Shown: positions 47,637-56,823 of the stretch, one piece after another | Numbering within the stretch: position 1 is the first letter of the stretch | How the letters are laid out: each line of letters opens with the position of its first letter | Notes under the pieces: model-generated | The model's input: the letters and a program-made list of their open reading frames with translations, nothing else | Database searches by the model: none | What the model was told of the DNA's origin: nothing | Made by a program: the position numbers and the translations under genes | Assembly: GCA_964444755.1 (NCBI GenBank) | Contig: CAYUIF010000016.1 | Coordinates: 5,902-69,901 of the forward strand | Length of the DNA stretch: 64,000 nucleotides | From: an uncultured Alphaproteobacteria bacterium | GTDB lineage: Bacteria > Electryoneota > RPQS01 | Reading direction: 5' to 3'

Positions 47637-48149
47637 ATGCCAAGACCACAATGCCATCGGCGGATTCAGGGGCAGCCCGGATGCCGCCGCTTCAAACCCG
47701 ATTCACCGTCTAACCAGCCGGTACTGGAAGTCGGGCTGACCTTGGATGAGTTCGAAGCCATCCGGCTGGCGGACTTGGAAGGGAAAGCCCACCAATCCGG
47801 CGGCGAAGAGATGGATGTGTCGCGGCAGACCTTCGGCCGCATTTTGGAAACCGCGCGCCGGAAGGTGGCTGAGGCATTAGTGGAAGGCAAAGCGATTCGT
47901 ATCGAAGGAGGAAATATCACCATGAACGATCAACGTACATTCGTCTGCAGCCATTGCCAGCATCGCTGGCAAGTTCCGTGCGGAACGCCGCGTCCGAATC
48001 AGTGTCCGGAATGTCAGAGTACCAACGTTCACCGCGCTCCTGAAGAGCGCGGCCATGAAGTCTGCCGCGGTCGCGGAATGGGGAGAATGGGGCAAGGCGG
48101 CGGCGGCGGCGGACGCGGGCGGGGTTGTCAGCGCGGACATAATCGCTGA
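47637..48149 (+). CDS. DUF134 (UPF0251) DNA-binding-like protein fused to C-terminal zinc-ribbon and Gly/Arg-rich tail
   Basis: Start at MPRPQCHRR. DUF134 core (GLTLDEFEAIRLADLEG...MDVSRQTFGRILETARRKVAEALVEGKAIRIEGG). CSHC...CPEC zinc-ribbon. RGRGMGRMGQGGGGGGRGRG tail. Confidence 0.55.
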   Translation: MPRPQCHRRIQGQPGCRRFKPDSPSNQPVLEVGLTLDEFEAIRLADLEGKAHQSGGEEMDVSRQTFGRILETARRKVAEALVEGKAIRIEGGNITMNDQRTFVCSHCQHRWQVPCGTPRPNQCPECQSTNVHRAPEERGHEVCRGRGMGRMGQGGGGGGRGRGCQRGHNR

Positions 48150-48300
48150 TATCTATTCCATCCCGATTGGTCTGCGACAGTATACGGCAGCGAACAGGCT
48201 GCCGTATGCTTTTTTAAAAGACAGGGGGATTCAGTTTCTTGACTCCATGGGCAATCTTTCGCTATATTGCGCTATTCGTTCCACAAAACCCAATCCGATC

Positions 48301-49350
48301 ATGCGCGTGCCGCTGGCTCTACTGCTCTCCTTGTCGCTTGTATTTTCAGCCTTTGCCAATCCCAACAACTTAGGTCAGTCCGGCGCTCCCGGACTGCAAG
48401 CCTGTGCCGCTTCCTGCCATGGCTCGGGAGCGGGGTCGGTAACCGTGACAGGCTTTCCCAGCATTTATATGCCCTATGATACCTATCTGCTCACGGTGCA
48501 GAAACTGAGCGGATTCAGTATTAAAAATTTTCATTCATCCATTCGTATCGGGTGGGGCACGCGGATGGCAGGCACGTTAGCGCCCGGCTTTAATACCGCA
48601 CTTTATAGTGTGCCTTCGGAAAGCAGCGGCGTGCATTTGGCGACGCTGGATCACGATTCCGCGACCTTCTACTGGACGGCTCCGGGACCGGTAGGACCGG
48701 TCAGCTTATATTTGGCGGCGCATCAGGGACCGCGCAACGAGGGACCGAACACAACGATTGTCCTGATTTCGAATATGGCTTATCCCGATACGGCACGGAA
48801 TCCGCGCCCGCAGAACGGTTCACAGGATGTGCTTACCACTGCCAATTTGTATTGGTCACCGGGGGTGGGATCAGAAACCCACGACGTGTATTTCGGAACC
48901 GATCCCAATCCGCCGTTCATCGGCAATCAAACCGATTCGATTTTCGATCCGCCCGGCGAGATGGAGTATGCCACAACGTATTATTGGAAAGTGGACGAGC
49001 GCAACAACGCGGGAATGGCGCCCGGTCCGGTGTGGAGTTTCTTCACGCATATTTTGGCGGCGGATGATTGGCCCGCCGGAGTGCCGCGCGAATTGGCATT
49101 AGGTCCGGCGTATCCTAATCCGTTCAATGCTACGCTTTCCATTCCGTTTGCGCTGCCCAAAGCGGCGGAAGTGCGGCTGGAATTGTTCGATATTACGGGA
49201 CGGCAGCGAGCGGTACTGGCCGAGGGAATGTATACCGCCGGAACGCATCGCGTGCAGTGGAATGCGGAAGCGGTGGGCAGCGGTGTGTATTTGGTGCGGC
49301 TAATTGCGGGAGATCGCAGCGTGACCACGAAGGTCGTAGCGATGAAGTAG
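48301..49350 (+). CDS. Secreted hypothetical protein with CxxxCH motif, Ig/Fn3-like middle domain and T9SS C-terminal sorting domain
   Basis: Start at MRVPLALLLSLSLVFSAFA (signal peptide). QACAASCHGSG motif. DVYFGTDPNPP...YYWKVDE...GPVWSFFT beta-sandwich signature. C-terminal YPNPFNATLSIPF...KVVAMK. Confidence 0.6.
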   Translation: MRVPLALLLSLSLVFSAFANPNNLGQSGAPGLQACAASCHGSGAGSVTVTGFPSIYMPYDTYLLTVQKLSGFSIKNFHSSIRIGWGTRMAGTLAPGFNTALYSVPSESSGVHLATLDHDSATFYWTAPGPVGPVSLYLAAHQGPRNEGPNTTIVLISNMAYPDTARNPRPQNGSQDVLTTANLYWSPGVGSETHDVYFGTDPNPPFIGNQTDSIFDPPGEMEYATTYYWKVDERNNAGMAPGPVWSFFTHILAADDWPAGVPRELALGPAYPNPFNATLSIPFALPKAAEVRLELFDITGRQRAVLAEGMYTAGTHRVQWNAEAVGSGVYLVRLIAGDRSVTTKVVAMK

Positions 49351-49407
49351 CGAGATGTTTTCGCGCGGGGTAAGGACACCCCGCGCGGCGATCAGTGTTG
49401 ATATACG

Positions 49408-49436
49408 AAAGGCGCACCGTGGTGCGCCTTTTTGTT
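49408..49436 (+). terminator. Rho-independent terminator
   Basis: GGCGCACCgtGGTGCGCC followed by TTTTTGTT. Preceded by a second GC hairpin CGCGCGGGGtaaggacaCCCCGCGCG. Confidence 0.65.
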
Positions 49437-49439
49437 GGC

Positions 49440-49905
49440 TGAAGACGGGCGCGATAAATCGGCCCCTACGAGTTGTTGCGGTTCCGGCCGGGTCTGGGGA
49501 CCCTGCTCGGCGGAATGCCGGTTTCCCCCCGTTCACAGGGGGACGAAAGGGGGTGATCAATGTTCAATCCCTTCCGGGCAGATCAGGGATCTGCCTCGGC
49601 GAAGAGAAAGGGCACAGCACGCTGTGCCCCTACGAACGATCCATCGTGGTTATCCCGGCGATAATACCGCACTGCCGTGCGCGGCTACGGTCCGTCGCAT
49701 TCCGGCCGGGTTGCGCTTCGCTTAACCACGGCTCGGCGGGATCACTTACGTTCCGGGCACCCGCGGACGGGTGCCTCGGCGAGTGTTTTGCGTGAAGATT
49801 CCGGCGGAGCGAGGACGCTCCGCTCGGCGAAGAGAACGGGCACGGCACGCTGTGCCCCTACAGAACAAAACGGGCGGGTACGCTTGCGCTTTACCCGCCC
49901 CTACA
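49440..49905. repeat. Mosaic intergenic hairpin-repeat cluster (locus 6, largest)
   Basis: Internal direct duplication ggcgaagagaa[a/c]gggcac[a/g]gcacgctgtgcccctac (49588 and 49828). Three ccggg-hairpin-ctcggcgag units with different stems. cggcggaatgccggtttccccccgttcacagggggacgaaaggggg and ccgggttgcgcttcgcttaaccacggctcggcg modules shared with loci 1, 2, 3 and 5. Confidence 0.85.
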
Positions 49906-49920
49906 ATGTGTTACTCAAAT

Positions 49921-52587
49921 CTAACCGCTGATCCAGTAGGTGGCTTTAATCAGGAAGATGTTGTCGGGTTTGGTGCTGAATAAGTGATCCCAGGATCGAT
50001 TCAAATCAAATTCACCGCGAGATTCATCGTAGGATTGATTGTGAGTCCATACCAGATAGAGCGCGCTGCCAGGACGATATTCCCAACGCAGGATGATGTT
50101 GCCGCGCAGGGAATGATAATCGTAATCGGGATTACTGAACGAGAACGACTCCGCCGGACCGCTGCCGTCGGGATCAATCGTGTATTCATCGGCGGAAGGA
50201 TCATACTGAACATCGGCGGCGGGATAGGTGTAGAAGTCGAAACTCTTCGGTTTCGACAGCTCACGGAAATCGGAATAATCTCCCGAAGAAAAAAGCGGCT
50301 GGGCATAGGCTTGCACGCTGAGCTTAGGGGTCAACGTGTAATTGACGCGTAGCGAAGCACTCAACTCGGTTTGCTTGATGGCGGCAAACACATAGCGGTT
50401 GCCGTACGTGCGCGTCGCCAGCGAATCTTTAAAGCGGTCCACCCACTGCACGAACAATTGGGTAAGATATAATTCCGGGCCCACGGAGAAACTGAGATTG
50501 CTGGCGGGTTTCCACTCCACGCTGGTCCATAGGGAGTGGGTCCAATGATCCGCCGCCGTGATAAACCGGCTGGAACCGACACCGCCTACAACCGGCCGGC
50601 GATTGTCGGAATAGAGACTGAAACTGGTTTCCCATCCGGGACGATTTAACGTTAAAGGACCGCCGCGCGTGCGCGTGTTGTTCACGGACCAGGGAAGCGC
50701 ATCCGCACTCAGATTCAACGACCAATAGTTGGGGAATTGCAGATACGTGCCCAGCCACGATCCTAAGGCTGTATTGTTGCCGCCGAAATCGAAATTCGTC
50801 CAGTGCATGAACGAGACATCGGCATACTGCGTCCAGCGGGTCGGCTTGGTCCATTTATATCCGAGGCCGATATGCGTGTTGATGAGATCGGCGCGGGACA
50901 TGTAGCCCAGATCGTTGCTATCGAACTCCGGACTGATAACTCCCACCGCATGATTCATCATCCAATTACCCTTTTCCTTGCTCAACATCAGCCGCCCCGC
51001 CCAGCCGGTGAGCGACGTCGCGTTGCTGTCCACGTGAACGTGCGACGCATCGGGGCGTTGGAAATAATGGCGGCTGGACCGCTGCACACTGGTGATGCGC
51101 TCGGTGGTTCCCTGCAGGTGACTTAAGCCCAACCAGCCAGTAAGACAGTAGACGCGCTTTTCATCGAGAAACGACCATCCGTCCATACCGCCGACGAACG
51201 CCTCACGATTGATATCGTCCTTCAGCCGCTCCTCTTTGAAGAAGCGGTGAGTGCCGGTGAAAATTCCACCTACGCCGCGAAATCCGTCCTGAATATCTTT
51301 CTGTCCGCGGGTGACGGTGTAGTAGGTCAACGGTTCGACTTCCGCTTCGCTGCGCTCACCTTCATATTCGATATCGGCGGTTTCGCGCATGGTGACGGCA
51401 TGCAGGCTGCCGACGTTCCAGTTCTTGCCCAGTTTCGCGGTGAACTTTCCGGCGCCAATAATGTGCACGCCTTCCGGCACGTCGGCATAGTCGTTGTCGG
51501 GCACGCTTTGCGGAGCGCGACCGATGCGGCGGCTGTAGAAAAACTTGGGTGCGGGCCAGTTGGAGGACCAATAGCTGGTCGCACCGCCGTAGCCGAAATC
51601 GAAAATGGACAATCCTTCCACGAAGAAGGGACGCTTTTCGCTGAAATAGGTTTCCACATCGGACAGATTAACCACTGCCGGATCCACCTCGACCTGTCCG
51701 AAATCAGGATTGACGGTCGCATTTAAAATAACGTTGGGACCCAAGCCGATCTTGAAGTCCGCACCTCCGGTAGCGAGAAACTCAGTCTCGTGGTTGAACG
51801 GATCGGCATCGTCCACCGCTTGCAGCTTGGTCTTGCCGCGAACGTAGGGCAGCACTTCGAAATAGCGCGGTTGTTTGATGCCCGCCAGACCCTCCAAATG
51901 CCAAAAACGAGAGACGAAGCCGCTCTCGTTTTTTGGAACGCAAGACAACAAATCCACTTCATTGCGGCGGCCGATCCACCGCTTGAAGTTGATACCCCAG
52001 ATCATCGAATCGCGATTGACGAAGCGAAACTGGGAAAACGGAATGCGAAACTCGGCACACCAGCCGCTGTCGCACAACGCGGATGCGCCTTCCCACACGC
52101 CGTCCCACGAGGCATCCGCCCACGTATCGTTATAGCGAACGCCGTCCAAACAGGTCCCCGCCGCATTGACTCCGAAATAGTAGCCGCTGCGATGATCGTG
52201 ATAGGGATCCAGATAAATGGCGATGAAATCCGTTTCGATGTCGTTATCGCGCCGCACCAACCGCACGTCAATGGAATCGGGAGCGGTGTCGAACATGCGC
52301 GTTCCCACATACAGCGCATGGTCATCGTAGAGGATGATGACTTCGGTTCGCTGGGTGGGAGCAGCCAATTCGTCGGGATCACGCTGCGTGAACCGCGATT
52401 CGACAATTCCGGATTCCCAAGCCGGATCGTCCAGTCGTCCGTTGATTTCCGGAGGAGTGCCGATGCGAACGGCGAAGACCTTCAGCGAATCGTGTCCGGC
52501 GGGTAAACCGTTAGCTAAGCCGAACGAACAGGCAATCAGATTAAAAACCAGCACGTAAAACCCTAAACCGGCGGCACGGCGGCTCAT
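49921..52587 (-). CDS. DUF5916/CBM9-like domain outer-membrane-associated protein
   Basis: Start reassigned to MSRRAAGLGFYVLV (signal). N-terminal CBM9-like module (INGRLDDPAWESG...FTQRDP). Long C-terminal region with alternating beta-strand pattern ending in aromatic residue. Confidence 0.6.
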   Translation of the reverse strand: MSRRAAGLGFYVLVFNLIACSFGLANGLPAGHDSLKVFAVRIGTPPEINGRLDDPAWESGIVESRFTQRDPDELAAPTQRTEVIILYDDHALYVGTRMFDTAPDSIDVRLVRRDNDIETDFIAIYLDPYHDHRSGYYFGVNAAGTCLDGVRYNDTWADASWDGVWEGASALCDSGWCAEFRIPFSQFRFVNRDSMIWGINFKRWIGRRNEVDLLSCVPKNESGFVSRFWHLEGLAGIKQPRYFEVLPYVRGKTKLQAVDDADPFNHETEFLATGGADFKIGLGPNVILNATVNPDFGQVEVDPAVVNLSDVETYFSEKRPFFVEGLSIFDFGYGGATSYWSSNWPAPKFFYSRRIGRAPQSVPDNDYADVPEGVHIIGAGKFTAKLGKNWNVGSLHAVTMRETADIEYEGERSEAEVEPLTYYTVTRGQKDIQDGFRGVGGIFTGTHRFFKEERLKDDINREAFVGGMDGWSFLDEKRVYCLTGWLGLSHLQGTTERITSVQRSSRHYFQRPDASHVHVDSNATSLTGWAGRLMLSKEKGNWMMNHAVGVISPEFDSNDLGYMSRADLINTHIGLGYKWTKPTRWTQYADVSFMHWTNFDFGGNNTALGSWLGTYLQFPNYWSLNLSADALPWSVNNTRTRGGPLTLNRPGWETSFSLYSDNRRPVVGGVGSSRFITAADHWTHSLWTSVEWKPASNLSFSVGPELYLTQLFVQWVDRFKDSLATRTYGNRYVFAAIKQTELSASLRVNYTLTPKLSVQAYAQPLFSSGDYSDFRELSKPKSFDFYTYPAADVQYDPSADEYTIDPDGSGPAESFSFSNPDYDYHSLRGNIILRWEYRPGSALYLVWTHNQSYDESRGEFDLNRSWDHLFSTKPDNIFLIKATYWISG

Positions 52588-52683
52588 GTACTCCTCCAGA
52601 TTCAATAATAACTGGAAGTTCAAGGAAGTGCGCAACGCCACTTCCCTGATTACATGACCGGATTTCGGGAGATATGTTTCAGA

Positions 52684-54198
52684 TTACGGCAAGGTCAATA
52701 CGATATCGATTCGGCGATTTTGGGCACGGCCCTGGGCGGTATCGTTGGTGGCGATGGGTTTCGATTCTCCATAGCCCGCCACCTGAATACGGTCTTCCGC
52801 CATCCCCAATTGCGATTGCAGGTAATCGGCTACCGATTGCGCACGCTCCTCAGAAAGTTCTTGATTGATGTCTTCGCCGCCCTGATTGTCGGTATGTCCC
52901 TCGACCGTAATCGCGGCACCGGGAAAGAGGTTAATGGCTTCGGACGCGGTATTGATAAGCTTGCGCTGGTTGCGGTCCAGTTTGCTTTGTCCGACGCCGA
53001 ATTTCAGACCGTAAAGCCGGATAATCACGTGACCTTCGGGATCGGACAACACCGTGGCGACGCCCGGCTCGAACAACTCCTGCGCGTGTTTGATCTTTTC
53101 CTGCGCAGCGGCTTTCTTTTCGAGTTCTTCCCGGGCGGCGGTGCGCTGGCTTTCCACGACGCCGATGCGTTTTTCCAGTTCGGCGATGCGATCCTGCGCA
53201 TCTACGAGTTTATTCGTCGCCTCGCCGAGCGAGGATTCCAACGATTGGCGAGTGCGGGCGAAGTTTTCCTGCAATTCCCGTTCGGCGGCTGTGATGGAAT
53301 CGGTTTGCTGGCGGATCAGCGTGACTATCTGCGACCCAGCCGCCCAACCGCCGCGCGTAAAATTAAGTTTACCGCCCAATGAATCGGCCAGACCGGCCAG
53401 CAAATCATCATAGACCAGCATGGCTGCTTCCCAGCCGTCTTTGCGGCTCTGGACTTTTTCGATCTGGTCAATCATGGCGAGGGCATGACGGGCATGGCCC
53501 CCGGCGGTCTGCGCTTCAAGCTGCGCAGTTTCCAGATCATCCTCCGCCAGCGCGGACTCCGCCCGCCCGGCTGCTTGTTCGGCCCGCAGGAGCAGTGTCG
53601 GCGTGAGCTTGTCGCCTTTGCGTTTTTGGGCTTCGTCTATCAGTCCGCGGGTTTCGCCCAAGACCTGACTGCGCAGGGCGTCACGCCGGGCCACTTTGTA
53701 GAGCGCGGCGGCATCGTTTTCGTCCTTGCGGGCTACGTCCGGCTTATCGCGTTCGATGTTGGTGATAATTGTCGAGAACCGTTGTTCGGCTTTCTTCCAC
53801 GAATCGCCGGATAGCGTATCCGCGCCGGTGGAGAGGGCAGCCGCGCGCGCTTCCAGCAATAGCGGAACGTTCAGCTCCACCGAGCGCGCGGTTTCCTCGG
53901 CGGCAAGCAAGAGCTGCATGGCTTCGCGCAATTTGGCGGCGGTTTGATCCTCCGGCTTGCCGCGCAGCGAATAGCTTTTGGCATCATCGTAAGCCTTTTG
54001 GGCTTTGCCGAAATTAGTAGGAGCCAGAATGTCCACCTGATCCAACCGCGCCGCATTGAGTGCGCGTTCGGCACGGAGCATCAGTTCGCGGCTGCCGACG
54101 TTGGCATCGTCGACTGCGGTTTGCGCGAAACCGACAGCAATCCAGAGCAGAGCGGTCAATAAGCCGCACAATACCTTATGAAAAAGCACGGGTTTCAT
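52684..54198 (-). CDS. OmpA family protein with long N-terminal coiled-coil region
   Basis: Start at MKPVLFHKVLCGLLTALLW (AAGGAAA RBS). C-terminal OmpA-like peptidoglycan-binding domain (TVEGHTDNQGGEDINQELSEERAQSVADYL...RRIDIVL). Confidence 0.75.
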   Translation of the reverse strand: MKPVLFHKVLCGLLTALLWIAVGFAQTAVDDANVGSRELMLRAERALNAARLDQVDILAPTNFGKAQKAYDDAKSYSLRGKPEDQTAAKLREAMQLLLAAEETARSVELNVPLLLEARAAALSTGADTLSGDSWKKAEQRFSTIITNIERDKPDVARKDENDAAALYKVARRDALRSQVLGETRGLIDEAQKRKGDKLTPTLLLRAEQAAGRAESALAEDDLETAQLEAQTAGGHARHALAMIDQIEKVQSRKDGWEAAMLVYDDLLAGLADSLGGKLNFTRGGWAAGSQIVTLIRQQTDSITAAERELQENFARTRQSLESSLGEATNKLVDAQDRIAELEKRIGVVESQRTAAREELEKKAAAQEKIKHAQELFEPGVATVLSDPEGHVIIRLYGLKFGVGQSKLDRNQRKLINTASEAINLFPGAAITVEGHTDNQGGEDINQELSEERAQSVADYLQSQLGMAEDRIQVAGYGESKPIATNDTAQGRAQNRRIDIVLTLP

Positions 54199-54316
54199 AA
54201 GCCGAGTTTCCTTTCGTTGGCACGATTGGGTCAATATGCAATTTATAATGATCACAATCAAGCCAAACAAAAACCCGGCGGAAACCGGGTTATGTGATAT
54301 TGTGTGACAGAGCGGA

Positions 54317-55342
54317 TTATTTATTCTGCAATTTGAACATCACGGGAATAGCGATCCAGACTCCCACCGGCTGGCCCGCATTTTGAGCAGGTGTGAACTG
54401 TACTTCCCTGATAGCGTTCACGGCCGCCGAATCCAGATCCGCGCGAACGCTCTTGGCGACTTTTAGTCTTTTTACATGGCCTTCTTTGTCGATATATGCT
54501 TGAACAATCACTTGCCCCACAATGGAATCGCGGCGGGCGGTTTCAGGATATATAACTCTCGTTGTAATGGCTTGCATTCCACCGATGGGTGACGGAGGAA
54601 CATCCATGGGAATAAACACGTCGTCCTCCGCTTCATCCGGCTGCGGCGGAGGTTCGACGGGCAGCCTTATCGCGCGTTCTCCGAAAAGTTCGTCCATCCA
54701 GCGCTGATCACCCGGTTTGAAGCCGGCTGGAGCGGATTGACCGCGCGGCGTGTTTTTCTGGCGCAGAAAATCGGCGAGTTGATCGGGCGTGACTTGGGGA
54801 GTCATTTCCAATTCGTCCATGGAAATGGAAATCAGATGGCCGCGATTATGCTCCTTATCGAACAACAAACCGATGGATGCCGATTTGCCGTTGGGAACTT
54901 CTACGGTATGATCGCGCACTTGTCCGGTACGTTTGTCCGAGATGCGAAACAGATATTGGGCGGTGTGGTTCGAGTAGGAAACCAGCAATAGTTCGATGTG
55001 CGAGACGGAATCATCGTAGGCATAGATTGTTTGCGGTGCGATCAATGATCCGGGACGGTCCAACAGGTATTCCGAAGCGTTGGCGGCCATGAAATTGAAG
55101 GCTTGGAAATTATAAACGGCTGACAACTTATCGTAGTAGTATTCGGCAAGGGTTACGTCGCGCACGATTTCATCCACGCCCAGCGTGCCCGCAAAAATCG
55201 GCAGATTCAGCGCCGTGCCGTTGCCCTGAATCATGAAATGCGCCGCTTCGGAGACAATGAGCGTTTGGGATGGCGGTTTGCCGCCGCAGGAAAAAAGTAA
55301 TAATCCGCCGATGAGGATCGGAAAAGAAAGAAATCGTTTCAT
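54317..55342 (-). CDS. Lipoprotein with C-terminal TonB-like (energy transducer TonB C-terminal) domain
   Basis: Lipobox LLLFSCGG. C-terminal PIGGMQAITTRVIYPETARRDSIVGQVIVQAYIDKEGHV...FKLQNK TonB_C pattern. Translationally coupled to anti-sigma gene. Confidence 0.6.
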   Translation of the reverse strand: MKRFLSFPILIGGLLLFSCGGKPPSQTLIVSEAAHFMIQGNGTALNLPIFAGTLGVDEIVRDVTLAEYYYDKLSAVYNFQAFNFMAANASEYLLDRPGSLIAPQTIYAYDDSVSHIELLLVSYSNHTAQYLFRISDKRTGQVRDHTVEVPNGKSASIGLLFDKEHNRGHLISISMDELEMTPQVTPDQLADFLRQKNTPRGQSAPAGFKPGDQRWMDELFGERAIRLPVEPPPQPDEAEDDVFIPMDVPPSPIGGMQAITTRVIYPETARRDSIVGQVIVQAYIDKEGHVKRLKVAKSVRADLDSAAVNAIREVQFTPAQNAGQPVGVWIAIPVMFKLQNK

Positions 55343-55656
55343 GGCGCAACACTCCGAGGTGTGGACGTCTCAACCGGTTCCAACCAAATGCACACGTGAT
55401 CGTCAAGAATAATCGTGGATTCGACAAATTGCGCGTCGCACAGTTGCAACGGCTGTTCGCGATGGCTGCGTAGGATCAATACTCCGGCGGCAACCGCCAA
55501 AATCGTGGCGAAGCCGACAACCGCCGTGCGGCGATAGTGCGGCGCAGGGCGATGCCGGCGGACTTCCGCCATCACCGACCGCTCAATGTCATGGCGCAAG
55601 GATGACGGCGGATCGAGCTGCCGCTGCCGCTCTAAGAATTGCTCACGTTTATTCAT
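55339..55656 (-). CDS. Membrane-anchored anti-sigma factor candidate
   Basis: 105 aa, single TM helix, overlaps ECF sigma stop by 8 nt and downstream gene start by 4 nt. Confidence 0.45.
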   Translation of the reverse strand: MNKREQFLERQRQLDPPSSLRHDIERSVMAEVRRHRPAPHYRRTAVVGFATILAVAAGVLILRSHREQPLQLCDAQFVESTIILDDHVCIWLEPVETSTPRSVAP

Positions 55657-56236
55657 AGCCGATTCCGTAGTATTTCAATTGTTCGCGCAGCTTGCGCTTG
55701 GCGCGCGCCAAATGCACGCGCACAGTGGAATCCGTACAGCCCAGAATCTCCGCCGCGTCGTGGGACGAGTAGCTTTCGATTTCCACTAATACGAAAGCCG
55801 CTTTTTGTTTGGCGGACAACCGGTCAATCTGCCGCCAAATGATCGCCTCATCGTTGCCGTTGTCTATGCGTGTTGCGTCTTCCGTCGTCTCATCAAGGAC
55901 AGTCTCCCGCAGCAAGCGGCGACGATGACGGCGATGCGCCGAGCGACAGTTATTCAGATGAATCCGCAGCAGCCACGGTCGAAACGGCCGCGCCGGATGA
56001 TAACGGCGCAAATTCCGGTAGCAGGCGATGAACGTTGTTTGCGTAATATCTTTCGCTTCGTCCCAATCGTGTACGAAGTGATAGGCGATTTTGAGCAAGT
56101 CATCGCCGAACTCGCGGATAATCTCCCGAAAGTCCTCCGAATTCCCGGCCAGAATGCTGCGGATTATTTCTTCCAATGGCCTGCAGACGGCTGAATGTGC
56201 GGCATCATTGAGACGAACAAACGCGGGGCGAATCAA
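55649..56236 (-). CDS. RNA polymerase ECF-type sigma-70 factor
   Basis: Sigma70 region 2 (DITQTTFIACYRNLRRYHP) and region 4 HTH (DAAEILGCTDSTVRVHLARAKRKLRE). Confidence 0.85.
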   Translation of the reverse strand: MIRPAFVRLNDAAHSAVCRPLEEIIRSILAGNSEDFREIIREFGDDLLKIAYHFVHDWDEAKDITQTTFIACYRNLRRYHPARPFRPWLLRIHLNNCRSAHRRHRRRLLRETVLDETTEDATRIDNGNDEAIIWRQIDRLSAKQKAAFVLVEIESYSSHDAAEILGCTDSTVRVHLARAKRKLREQLKYYGIGYE

Positions 56237-56278
56237 GGATTCGCCGCCGCGAAAACGAACGGTGGAGTCGGACTGCTT

Positions 56279-56677
56279 TTACTTTTTCTTTTTATCGTCC
56301 AGCTTGAATTTGACGGGAACGGTTACCATCGTCTCCACGGGCTTGTTGTCTTTCTGGGCGGGAACCCAAACGGTTGACCGCAGAGCATCAAGCGCGGCTT
56401 TATCGAGATCTTTGTGCACGCCTTGCTGGATTTCAGCCTTGGTCACCGTGCCGTTCGCACCAATCGTGAGATTGACCAACACCGTCCCTTGAATGTTGTC
56501 TTTCTTGGCCGATTCGGGATATTTGATACTACTGAGCAGTGCGGCCATTCCCCCGACGGGTTCCGGCGGCTTATCAAATGTAATCGGCGTGTCGGCGGCA
56601 GGGGTTTCACCACCGATGGAGATGATCGGCAGCAGAATGAGCATCAACATGGCGGGAAATAACGCGAGTAACCTCAT
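56279..56677 (-). CDS. Small TonB family protein (TM anchor plus TonB C-terminal domain)
   Basis: 132 aa. N-terminal TM helix. PVGGMAALLSSIKYPESAKKDNIQGTVLVNLTIGANGTV TonB_C signature. Lys-rich C-terminus. Confidence 0.6.
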   Translation of the reverse strand: MRLLALFPAMLMLILLPIISIGGETPAADTPITFDKPPEPVGGMAALLSSIKYPESAKKDNIQGTVLVNLTIGANGTVTKAEIQQGVHKDLDKAALDALRSTVWVPAQKDNKPVETMVTVPVKFKLDDKKKK

Positions 56678-56823
56678 GGCGGACTCCAGTTCAGTGAATT
56701 ACGGTTTTCACTCATACTACGCTGGAAGTCCGCGGATTGCTTACAATTCCCGCTGATTACAGCACGGGGTCAGGCGTGCTCCTGACCCCGTTGGTTTTCA
56801 AATCCGCATTGCCGGTTTCCAAT

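Noticed and set aside
48301-49350. Calling the CAASCH-containing protein a cytochrome outright
   Set aside because: A single CX3CH site with no identified distal ligand is insufficient. Retained only as a flagged possibility.
22975-49905. Repeat clusters as CRISPR arrays
   Set aside because: Units are heterogeneous palindromic modules of varying length, without fixed-length direct repeats separated by unique spacers. No cas genes in the window.
56765-56810. Hairpin CGGGGTCAGGcgtgctCCTGACCCCG followed by a T-tract on the plus strand, as a plus-strand terminator
   Set aside because: No plus-strand gene ends upstream of it. It lies downstream of a minus-strand gene but lacks a minus-strand T-tract. 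It may be a structural element of the 56279..56677 leader, but function is undetermined.
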